Shown here in pieces: positions 56,378 to 64,000 of a stretch of 64,000 bases of DNA (the first letter of the stretch is position 1; the number at the start of each line of letters is the position of its first letter). The position numbers and the translations under genes are program-made. The stretch spans positions 12,910 to 76,909 of the forward strand of contig JBDKSP010000095.1 in NCBI GenBank assembly GCA_039680575.1, written 5' to 3'. This DNA comes from Armatimonadota bacterium. GTDB taxonomy: Bacteria > Armatimonadota > UBA5829 > DTLH01. The notes below the pieces were generated by a model that was not told where the DNA came from, made no database searches, and worked only from the letters and a program-made list of their open reading frames with translations.

Positions 56378-58317
56378 TGTTAGCAATGCACAATGAAATA
56401 TCTAGTAAGTATCTTCGATTGGCGCTCTTCTTTATTCTGGTATTGGGTTGCAGTTCATTTGCGCAGAGCCAGCCATCAGCTTCGATAGAGATTAATGCTC
56501 ATAAGACTATTGGGAAAGTCAGTCCTCTTCTTCTCGGGAACAACATCCTTGTATCCCGGAACGCCTGCGGTCTTTTAAGCACGGACGCCGGAGATTATAA
56601 TTCCTACGCTTTGGCAAAAATTAAAGGGCTAAAGATAAACTTATTACGTTTTCCCGGGGGCGGACAGGCAGATGGATACCACTGGCGTCTGGGAATAGGT
56701 CCAAAAGCCCGGAGGCCGAATGTAAAGGATAAGTTCGGGTATTTATCGAACTACAACCTCGGTACCGATGAGTTTCTCGACTTCTGCAAGCTTATCGGTT
56801 GTAAAGAACAGATCATAACCGTCAATATCGTATCCGGCACAGCACAGGAGGCTGCAAACTGGGTCGAATACTGTAATGTACCTGTCCCGTCAAACCCTGA
56901 CCCGTACTGGAAGTTCGATTCCTATGGCGGAGGAGACAAAGCTCCCAAAGGATACTTCGCTTGGTTGAGGGCACAATACGGGCAAAAAGAACCATACGCT
57001 GTCAAATACTGGGAAATAGGTAATGAGCCGTATATTATCATACCCAGGATGACGCCTCAACAGTACTCTGATATCCTCGTCAAGTTTTCCACCGCCATGA
57101 AGAAAGTAGATGGCAATATTACCGTAGGCGCAGTCTTGTGTGGAATCGCCAGCAGCGCTTCCTGGCGGCAAACGCTGCTGAAATCCGCTGCCAGCTATTT
57201 TGATTTCTGGGCACCGCACTATTATGCCACGCTTAATACAACAACTCCATTTATGGCATATTATGCTAATGATTCTCACTCAAGCAATGTTGTCATCGAT
57301 AAACCAGGCAATTATGTGGTAACAGTAACAGCCAGAGGCACAATGTGCGAAGGTGTTGGAGCCTTCATGGATATAAGTATCGACAATAAAGTTATACATA
57401 CATTTACCGTCGACAGTCCTGAATATCGAACTTATCATCACACCTGTCACCTCAATAAGGGAACACACACCGTCTCACTTGCTTTCACCAACGACAGAGT
57501 GGCTGGAGGTGAGGACAGAAATGCGTTCATATCCAGCGTAAGAGTCGGTCCAACCGAATCCGAAGGTCAGGAATTATGGTTCCCGGGTAACGCGGAGATG
57601 AGGATTCTGGCTTCAGATGGCAGGCGGTTCGCGCATTACATCGAAGAAGTTAAAAATGACCCTCTCGCTGTACAGGTAAAAGGAAACATCCCCATCATGG
57701 TTACTGAAGGTAATATGGGTTATAGTGCCAAAGACCAGATATCTCATACACGCCACCTAAAGGCAGCATTATGGGTCGCAGGATTTCTTAACGCAATGGC
57801 TCGCGAGCAAATCTCAGCTTACTGTCACTGGGACCTTATAGATAGAGGACCATGGGGAACGATCCGAGCAGATCCTGATTACCTGACTCCTTCTTATAAC
57901 ACACTTCAGTTATACTCTCAGTATTTACACTCGAGATTGGTTAGTGTTAAGATCAATATGGAAATGTTCCATATTCCGAAGCTTGCTCCTTTCGCGCCTG
58001 ACTTAGGGACGATGCCGTACGTTGATGCAATTGCAACTGTGGACGACAACAACAACTCTTTAAGTGTTATTGCAATAAACTGGCATTCATCCATTATCAA
58101 ATCGTGCATTCGTATAAATGACGTGCAAAGTAGCACAAAGTTTAAAGCATCGGTCCTCTATACAAAGGATAAGCGCGGAGCAGATGCAGCCAATGAGCCT
58201 GGTAAGACTAATATCCGTATTCGTACAGCGGAAGGGGTTGTCAAAAACGGCAGCTTCGAATATGCTTTACCCGGATACTCTATCAGCGCGTTCGAGATAC
58301 CTTTAAATAAGAAGTGA
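56374..58317 (+). CDS. Secreted clan GH-A glycoside hydrolase (GH51/GH79-like) with inserted carbohydrate-binding module
   Basis: Signal peptide, LRFPGG..ADGYHW, GTDEF, YWEIGNEP, VTEGN; insert HTVSLAFTND....EDRN. Confidence 0.75.
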   Translation: MMLAMHNEISSKYLRLALFFILVLGCSSFAQSQPSASIEINAHKTIGKVSPLLLGNNILVSRNACGLLSTDAGDYNSYALAKIKGLKINLLRFPGGGQADGYHWRLGIGPKARRPNVKDKFGYLSNYNLGTDEFLDFCKLIGCKEQIITVNIVSGTAQEAANWVEYCNVPVPSNPDPYWKFDSYGGGDKAPKGYFAWLRAQYGQKEPYAVKYWEIGNEPYIIIPRMTPQQYSDILVKFSTAMKKVDGNITVGAVLCGIASSASWRQTLLKSAASYFDFWAPHYYATLNTTTPFMAYYANDSHSSNVVIDKPGNYVVTVTARGTMCEGVGAFMDISIDNKVIHTFTVDSPEYRTYHHTCHLNKGTHTVSLAFTNDRVAGGEDRNAFISSVRVGPTESEGQELWFPGNAEMRILASDGRRFAHYIEEVKNDPLAVQVKGNIPIMVTEGNMGYSAKDQISHTRHLKAALWVAGFLNAMAREQISAYCHWDLIDRGPWGTIRADPDYLTPSYNTLQLYSQYLHSRLVSVKINMEMFHIPKLAPFAPDLGTMPYVDAIATVDDNNNSLSVIAINWHSSIIKSCIRINDVQSSTKFKASVLYTKDKRGADAANEPGKTNIRIRTAEGVVKNGSFEYALPGYSISAFEIPLNKK

Positions 58318-58386
58318 AAATAAGTTCCGCCATTCCGGTCTTGCTCAACTTATCGAGATCGCGGAATATCTGGAGAATAACACAAT

Positions 58387-59691
58387 ATGAAATTAGCTAT
58401 TATCGGAACCGGTTATGTAGGTCTGGTCAGTGGAGCGTGCTTATCCGAATTCGGGCACACAGTTACATGCGTTGATACGGATGAGCGCCGGATCTCGGCA
58501 CTTAATGCTGGTGAGATACCAATATATGAGCCAGGCCTTCACGAACTGGTTATAAATAATAGCGCGAACGGACGGCTTCGATTCAGCCTGGATATCAAAG
58601 ATGCGGTACCGTCTGCAGATGCCGTATTCATCGCTGTCGGGACTCCGACATCGAGGCGTGGAGACGGGTATGCTGATATGTCATATGTCTACAACGCGGC
58701 AAAGGACATCGCATCGAACCTGTCGGGCTATACTGTTATCGTGAATAAAAGTACGGTCCCTGTAGGCACGGCAAAACAGGTTGCGCGGATTATCCAGGAG
58801 ACCAACCCCGGTGCTGATTTCGATGTAGTATCCAACCCGGAATTCCTCCGTGAAGGTGCTGCAATCGATGATTTCATGCACCCGGACAGGGTCGTAATCG
58901 GACGCGAGTCCGACCGGGCCGCAGAAGTGATGATGCAGATTTATAAACCGCTCTATCTTCTGGAGCGGCCGTTCTTAGTTACGAACCTGGAAACGGCAGA
59001 GCTTATAAAATATTCGGCGAACGCATTTTTAGCAACGAAAATCAGCTTCATAAACGAAATATCCAGTCTTTGTGAGGCTGTCGGAGCTGATGTGACTGAT
59101 GTCGCTCGCGGTATCGGGCTCGATGGGCGTATCGGCAAAAAGTTCCTCCATGCCGGTCCCGGTTATGGGGGTTCCTGCTTCCCCAAGGATACTCGTGCTC
59201 TTCTCAGGATCGGTCAGGAGCACGGCGCTGCCATGCGAATTGTCGAGACGACCGTCGAAGTCAACGAAGCCCAAAAAGCGCGGATGGTACAGAAAATCCG
59301 AAAAGCTCTTGGCGGCTCTGAAGCAGGTAAAACAATCGGCATCCTGGGTCTCAGCTTCAAACCAGAGACGGATGATATGAGAGAAGCCCCTTCTCTGACA
59401 ATAATACCGAGGCTTATCGAAAATGGCGCGCGTGTCAAAGCTCACGATCCTGTCAGTATGAGCGCCGCAGCCAATCTTCTTCCCGGCGTTCAGTTCGTGG
59501 AAAGCGAATATGCCGCAGCAGAAGAAGCCGATGCTATTGTCCTTTTGACCGAGTGGAACCAGTACAGAGCTCTCGATATTAGTAGGATCAAGAACTCTAT
59601 GAAAGACCCTGTTTTCATCGACCTTAGGAATGTTTATGAACCTGTTCAGATGACTGCGATTGGCTTCCGTTATTTCTCGATCGGTCGCTAA
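58387..59691 (+). CDS. ugd: UDP-glucose 6-dehydrogenase
   Basis: IGTGYVG, KSTVPVG, SNPEFLREG, GYGGSCFPKD. Confidence 0.95.
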   Translation: MKLAIIGTGYVGLVSGACLSEFGHTVTCVDTDERRISALNAGEIPIYEPGLHELVINNSANGRLRFSLDIKDAVPSADAVFIAVGTPTSRRGDGYADMSYVYNAAKDIASNLSGYTVIVNKSTVPVGTAKQVARIIQETNPGADFDVVSNPEFLREGAAIDDFMHPDRVVIGRESDRAAEVMMQIYKPLYLLERPFLVTNLETAELIKYSANAFLATKISFINEISSLCEAVGADVTDVARGIGLDGRIGKKFLHAGPGYGGSCFPKDTRALLRIGQEHGAAMRIVETTVEVNEAQKARMVQKIRKALGGSEAGKTIGILGLSFKPETDDMREAPSLTIIPRLIENGARVKAHDPVSMSAAANLLPGVQFVESEYAAAEEADAIVLLTEWNQYRALDISRIKNSMKDPVFIDLRNVYEPVQMTAIGFRYFSIGR

Positions 59692-59772
59692 GCATCATCA
59701 TTCACAGAAACTCTGACTACTAGACATTGCCACAATAAACAACGTGGTTTATTATTGCGATCCGGAGATATT

Positions 59773-60462
59773 ATGAATAAAAAGGTGCTACTGGTCGAAG
59801 ATGAGGCCCCAATCGCGGATTCTATCGAATATTCACTCAAAAACGACGGGTTCGATGTAGTGATTGCCCGGAATGGAATTGCAGGGCTTACCGCTGCAAG
59901 AAACATGTTCCCGAGCATTATAATACTCGACCTGATGCTTCCTGATATTTCGGGTATGGACCTCTGCCGAATCCTTCGCAGAGAAACCAACATTCCTATC
60001 ATCATTTTGACGGCAAAAGCAGAGGAAGTGGACCGCATCATGGGGCTTGAGTTCGGCGCGGACGACTATATCACCAAACCATTCAGCGCCCGAGAACTTA
60101 TTGCACGCATCCGCGCGGTCCTTCGGAGGTCTAAAAATACTCTTAACGAAGATAGTAAGACTCGCTTAACCGCTGGTGATATCATCATGGACATACCGAA
60201 GAGAAGTGTGACCATCAGGGATAACCGGATCCACCTGCCATTGAAACAATTCGAGCTTCTCAAAACATTTATGATACACCCCGACGAAGCGCTTACACGA
60301 AACTTCCTGTTCCAGACCGTCTGGAACAGCGATTCCGAGTATGACACCGGCACACTTGATGTCCATATCCGGTGGCTGAGAGAAAAGATCGAAAACGACC
60401 CTGCAAAACCGGATTATATTCGGACGATCCGCAGAGTAGGCTATAAGTTCGTCGCCGGATAA
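59773..60462 (+). CDS. OmpR/PhoB-family response regulator
   Basis: LLVEDE, LDLMLP, LTAK, GADDYITKPF, DVHIRWLREKIE, IRTIRRVGY; ATG 59773 after GGAG. Confidence 0.93.
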   Translation: MNKKVLLVEDEAPIADSIEYSLKNDGFDVVIARNGIAGLTAARNMFPSIIILDLMLPDISGMDLCRILRRETNIPIIILTAKAEEVDRIMGLEFGADDYITKPFSARELIARIRAVLRRSKNTLNEDSKTRLTAGDIIMDIPKRSVTIRDNRIHLPLKQFELLKTFMIHPDEALTRNFLFQTVWNSDSEYDTGTLDVHIRWLREKIENDPAKPDYIRTIRRVGYKFVAG

Positions 60463-60465
60463 AGA

Positions 60466-61248
60466 ATGCCCAAAAAAGATACAAAACTGCATAGAATCCT
60501 GCCCGCTGATCCGGCAATCGCCAATCAGGTTTCCACCAATGATACCCGCAGCCGCGAAGAAGCGCAAAAGGAGTTTCTTGACAATATTGGGCATGAAATG
60601 CGTACACCCCTTACCGCCATAAGACTGACGGCAGAGGTGCTTCTATCGGGAGCAAAAGACGACCCTGAGCTTTTGGCCATGTTCCTTAGGAACCTCGTAA
60701 AGGAAAGTGAGCGTTTATCACTTCTGATTGAAGACCTGCTTGAGATCGCTAATGGTGTCAGCCGAAGCCGTAAACTGCGAATGACAAGCATCGATATAAA
60801 CTCGCTTGTATCAAGAGTAACCAATCTCAACACAAGTAAAGCTGTTGATGACCAAGTCACGCTTATCATTAAAACACCAGGCAACATCGTTGTAAATGCA
60901 GATGAACAGCAAGTGGAGCAGGTATTGGATAATCTCCTTAGAAATGCGATAAAGTATACCCAAGCGGGCGGCATGGTCACGATAAACGCAAAGGAAGACA
61001 GCAATTCCGTCTCGCTCATTGTTTCCGATACCGGCATCGGAATCCCTGAGAATGAGGTCCCGAAGATTTTCGAGCGGTTTTACAGAGTGAATAAGGCCCA
61101 TTCCAGAAAGCTCGGAGGTACAGGTCTGGGGCTCTCGATAGTGAAGGATATTGTTGAAGCACACAATGGGACAATCACGGTCGAAACCGAACTCGGTAAA
61201 GGAAGTACATTCACTGTTTCTTTCCCAAAGAATGTATCCGCTCAGTGA
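60466..61248 (+). CDS. PhoR/WalK-like histidine kinase lacking sensor and TM domains
   Basis: HEMRTPLT, NLLRNAIKYT, DTGIGI, FERFYRV, GTGLGL; only ~35 aa precede the H box. Confidence 0.88.
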   Translation: MPKKDTKLHRILPADPAIANQVSTNDTRSREEAQKEFLDNIGHEMRTPLTAIRLTAEVLLSGAKDDPELLAMFLRNLVKESERLSLLIEDLLEIANGVSRSRKLRMTSIDINSLVSRVTNLNTSKAVDDQVTLIIKTPGNIVVNADEQQVEQVLDNLLRNAIKYTQAGGMVTINAKEDSNSVSLIVSDTGIGIPENEVPKIFERFYRVNKAHSRKLGGTGLGLSIVKDIVEAHNGTITVETELGKGSTFTVSFPKNVSAQ

Positions 61249-62603
61249 ATCCGGTAATAGGCCGCGATTCCGTGAAGTACACCCAGATTTGCTGCAAGAA
61301 GCCCGATAACCAGGAGTATTCCCAGCGCCGCGCTGATTCTCGCTTGCACTGCTTCATACCTTACAGGCTTTGTCCTGCTCGTAATTCGCATTATAACCCT
61401 GCTGACAGGCTTGATTATCAGCATATTTAATGCGATAACCACACCTACAGACAAAATACCGGCAGCAGGCAAGAGCAACCTGCCCTGCTGGAATGCCCCC
61501 CGGTCCACCCAAATCGTGTGCCTGAACAAAAACATGTAAATCAGTATCCCCGGCAGCGCCATAAACGCCAAGACATCTTCCCGGCAGTCGAGTCCTGTCG
61601 ATCTAGAGCAGCGACAGCTCCTAAGATGAACCAAAACGCCGATTAAAACAAATACGCAGAACACCATCAGGAGTCTTTGATACAATATCACATCTATGAA
61701 CTCGGAAATCAACCAGAACGGAGTCCAGAAGTAGTCGAAAAGCTGTCTCGTAACCAGTTGTATTATGAATATCCACTCTGGGAGTGCCAAATTACCGCTC
61801 GATAAGTCCATGGGATTATGCAATGACTGCGTTATGAACGAGCCGCACACATACCGGTTTCGAACGAACCATACCGAGCTCACCAAACCTGCAATCAATA
61901 CCGCAATTGCAGCATTCCCTGCCGTCGTCCCCCACCCTTTGCGCCTCATTATTATAAATGCGGCTATTACTATTAGTGGCAGAAGAAACAGTCCCTGTGA
62001 TTTTGAGAGAATTGCGAGGCCGGAAACGATCCCGATCTGCAGCGCTGCCTTTCTGTTGATACATCCGCGTCTTATAGACTTTACAATCAACCAGAGCGCT
62101 GCCGTAAAGAACAGCGATATCAAGGCATCGTTATTTATTACGCCGCCGATGTACGTCGATAGAGGCATCAGTCCGACGCAAGCCGCACCGAGAACTGCGA
62201 AGTATCTATTCTTAGGAAAAAACTCTCTCGAAAGCCTGTAAAGGAAATAAACCCAGCCTGCGCCGATAAGAACGGTGAATAAACGGACAGCAAGCCAGGA
62301 AGTGTCTATACCAGCTCCAAACGAGCGTGAAACGAAATACGGCACTGCTGCAAGCGCATAATATAGCGGCGGTTGATGCGCTTCATGACTCGAATGAAGC
62401 GATATTTCGTGTGTTTCCACATGCGACAACTCCGGTAACCTGAAGTGCTCACCTATCTCGCGCACATAGATAAAATGCGCCGGTTCATCCGGGCCGCAGC
62501 GAAGCCTCGTCACTAACGCTGAGGCGACAGACAGCACTATGTACACAAGCAGCAAGGCAATTATTGCGTATTTTGAGTGGAATTGTCTATGTATTTTATT
62601 CAC
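61242..62603 (-). CDS. GT-C (ArnT/PMT-like) membrane glycosyltransferase
   Basis: PDEPAH, HQPPLYY, INND, LSK, QGRLL; multiple TM helices. Confidence 0.75.
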   Translation of the reverse strand: MNKIHRQFHSKYAIIALLLVYIVLSVASALVTRLRCGPDEPAHFIYVREIGEHFRLPELSHVETHEISLHSSHEAHQPPLYYALAAVPYFVSRSFGAGIDTSWLAVRLFTVLIGAGWVYFLYRLSREFFPKNRYFAVLGAACVGLMPLSTYIGGVINNDALISLFFTAALWLIVKSIRRGCINRKAALQIGIVSGLAILSKSQGLFLLPLIVIAAFIIMRRKGWGTTAGNAAIAVLIAGLVSSVWFVRNRYVCGSFITQSLHNPMDLSSGNLALPEWIFIIQLVTRQLFDYFWTPFWLISEFIDVILYQRLLMVFCVFVLIGVLVHLRSCRCSRSTGLDCREDVLAFMALPGILIYMFLFRHTIWVDRGAFQQGRLLLPAAGILSVGVVIALNMLIIKPVSRVIMRITSRTKPVRYEAVQARISAALGILLVIGLLAANLGVLHGIAAYYRIH

Positions 62604-62666
62604 ATTTCGAGTATATCAAAATGGTTCGGCATTAGCAATCTGTGATGAAATAACGGTAAAAACATA

Positions 62667-62695
62667 TTGTGTATTACCTGGAAAGTTGATATAAT
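62667..62695 (+). promoter_or_regulatory. Sigma70 promoter for riboswitch-CDF transcript
   Basis: TTGTGT - 17 nt - TATAAT with an extended TG. Confidence 0.65.
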
Positions 62696-62708
62696 CCGTA
62701 AGATATCG

Positions 62709-62783
62709 AATCTACTGATCAGGCGGTCTTACATTTAATTCGTAAGGCGCTGCCGGGCTCAGCTTAACGTGAGCAGCAGGTTG
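62709..62783 (+). ncRNA. NiCo (czcD) riboswitch aptamer
   Basis: CUGAUCAGGC...stem(GUCUUAC/GUAAGGC)...GCCGGGC-stem(GCUCA/UGAGC)-AGCAG signature upstream of a CDF gene. Confidence 0.85.
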
Positions 62784-62826
62784 GACCTGTGGGACTGTTA
62801 AAACAGACTCACAGGTCTATTTGTTT
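62782..62826 (+). terminator. Riboswitch expression-platform terminator
   Basis: GACCUGUGGG...CUCACAGGUC followed by UAUUUGUUU, immediately before the RBS. Confidence 0.75.
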
Positions 62827-62836
62827 GAGGTAGCAG

Positions 62837-63733
62837 ATGAAAACCAAACGCGGCGCGGCAGCGCTGTCCATTCTATCTAACTCCATCTTGGTCGCGCTGA
62901 AGCTCATTATTGGGCTGATTACGGGCTCGGTCAGTATTATTTCCGAGGCGATTCACTCAGCCACGGATCTTGCGGCATCGCTTATCGCTTTTTTCTCTGT
63001 CAGCGCAGCCGATATCCCCGCTGATGAAGAGCATCCCTTTGGCCATGGGAAAATCGAGAATATCTCCGGCGTAGTCGAAGCTATTCTTATATTTGTCGCA
63101 GCCGTATATATACTATACGATGCGTTTCTCAAGTTCCGATCCGGGCGCGAGATCGATACGCTTCCCGGTATCATAGTGATGTTCGTCTCGATGGCTGCGA
63201 ACTTCCTTATATCCAACTGGCTTTTCAAAGTTTCCGAGGAGACCGATTCCATTGCGCTTGCAGCTGATGCGCATCACCTTCGTATCGATGTCTGGACATC
63301 CGCTGGAGTTTTCGCAGGCCTTGTACTCATTAAAATCACTGGGCTTTTCGTTCTCGACCCCGTTATAGCGGTTGTCGTAGCCGGGTTGATATTCAAAGTA
63401 GCATACGACCTTACGAAGGAAGCAGGCGGGCCGCTTGTCGATATTCGGCTTCCCGCAAAAGAAATAGAGATCGTCACCGATATTCTTCATTCTGAACCGA
63501 AGATCGTCGCATTCCACAAGCTCCGCACCCGTAAATCCGGCGCGCACAGACACATCGATGTCCACCTGATCGTGCCCAAAATGATGAACATCGGTGATGC
63601 GCATGATCTCGCGGAAGAGCTGGAGGACCGCATACGCGACAGATTTCCCGGAGCGCATGTCATCACGCACGTCGAACCCGATACTGAAGACAACCTTTGT
63701 GATACGCCACCGGAGGAATTAGGAAACAGGTGA
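62837..63733 (+). CDS. Cation diffusion facilitator (FieF/CzcD family) metal exporter
   Basis: SEAIHSATD, HPFGHGKIE, ADAHHLRID, HKLRTRKSG, THVEP. Confidence 0.93.
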   Translation: MKTKRGAAALSILSNSILVALKLIIGLITGSVSIISEAIHSATDLAASLIAFFSVSAADIPADEEHPFGHGKIENISGVVEAILIFVAAVYILYDAFLKFRSGREIDTLPGIIVMFVSMAANFLISNWLFKVSEETDSIALAADAHHLRIDVWTSAGVFAGLVLIKITGLFVLDPVIAVVVAGLIFKVAYDLTKEAGGPLVDIRLPAKEIEIVTDILHSEPKIVAFHKLRTRKSGAHRHIDVHLIVPKMMNIGDAHDLAEELEDRIRDRFPGAHVITHVEPDTEDNLCDTPPEELGNR

Positions 63734-63791
63734 CAGGGAACAGAAGGATTAGCGGATGGTATGCTTCGAGACCGCTTTTCATCCCAAAACA
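63722..63791. repeat. Mosaic repeat copy: inverted module C plus degenerate palindrome B
   Basis: ggaaacaggTGAcagggaacagaaggat; tgcttcgagaccgcttttcatcccaaaaca. Confidence 0.6.
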
Positions 63792-63812
63792 CGTGATATA
63801 TAATCTCTCATT

Positions 63813-63844
63813 AAGGGTGAACTCTTACGTAATAGTTCACTCTT
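63813..63844. repeat. Near-perfect palindrome related to 38604-38627
   Basis: GTGAACT-C-TTACGTAA-T-AGTTCAC; shares gaactcttacgt (inverted) and gttcactctt with the 38.6-kb site. Confidence 0.55.
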
Positions 63845-64000
63845 GCAAGAATTATATATCACTCTGAACAACTAACACGTCACCCTGAACTAATCGCGCC
63901 TACGGCGCGGCACGCTCCGCGTGAATCCACCACAGCGGGTACATAATGCCAGGACAGGATTGACACTGAAAAGTCGCCGGTTGTCCTGGCAGCCCCGGAT

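Noticed and set aside
63877..64000. Small hairpins and a tgccaggaca/tgtcctggca inverted repeat at the window end
   Set aside because: Context is cut by the window edge; cannot tell terminator, REP or leader apart.

Overview
Bacterial genomic window, probably a diderm Terrabacterium. Armatimonadota is my inference from protein architecture and gene content; I have not tested it. Left to right: (1) a secreted RCC1/BLIP-II propeller protein and a HEAT-repeat gene; (2) a larE-larB-larC nickel-pincer-cofactor operon (no larA in the window) behind a promoter and a structured, terminator-containing leader; (3) a GH78 rhamnosidase and a cold-shock gene; (4) a ~28-kb, 23-gene minus-strand outer-membrane/lipid A/core cluster (lipB, tamB, bamA, skp, elongated skp-like, lpxD, lpxC, fabZ, lpxA, lpxB, ICMT/LmtA-like, msbA, DUF374/lpxJ, waaA-lpxK fusion, lpxL, LolA-like, five glycosyltransferases, a DHS-fold protein, the HldE kinase half); (5) DUF72, a secreted GH38 C-terminal-only protein and a second large secreted protein; (6) a plus-strand glycan locus (Wzy/O-antigen-ligase-like, Wzx, GT4s, gmhA-hddC-like-hddA, methyltransferase, secreted glycoside hydrolase, ugd); (7) an OmpR-family regulator with a sensor-less kinase, a GT-C glycosyltransferase, and a CDF exporter behind a NiCo (czcD) riboswitch. 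Most notable: a candidate new attenuator with three UGAAG hairpin loops upstream of larEBC; an intact GT2 gene that appears to start at ATA; a ~200-aa module shared by two unrelated secreted proteins; and a mosaic repeat family that supplies stop codons and the WaaA-LpxK linker. All assignments are by eye from motifs; no database searches or folding programs were run.
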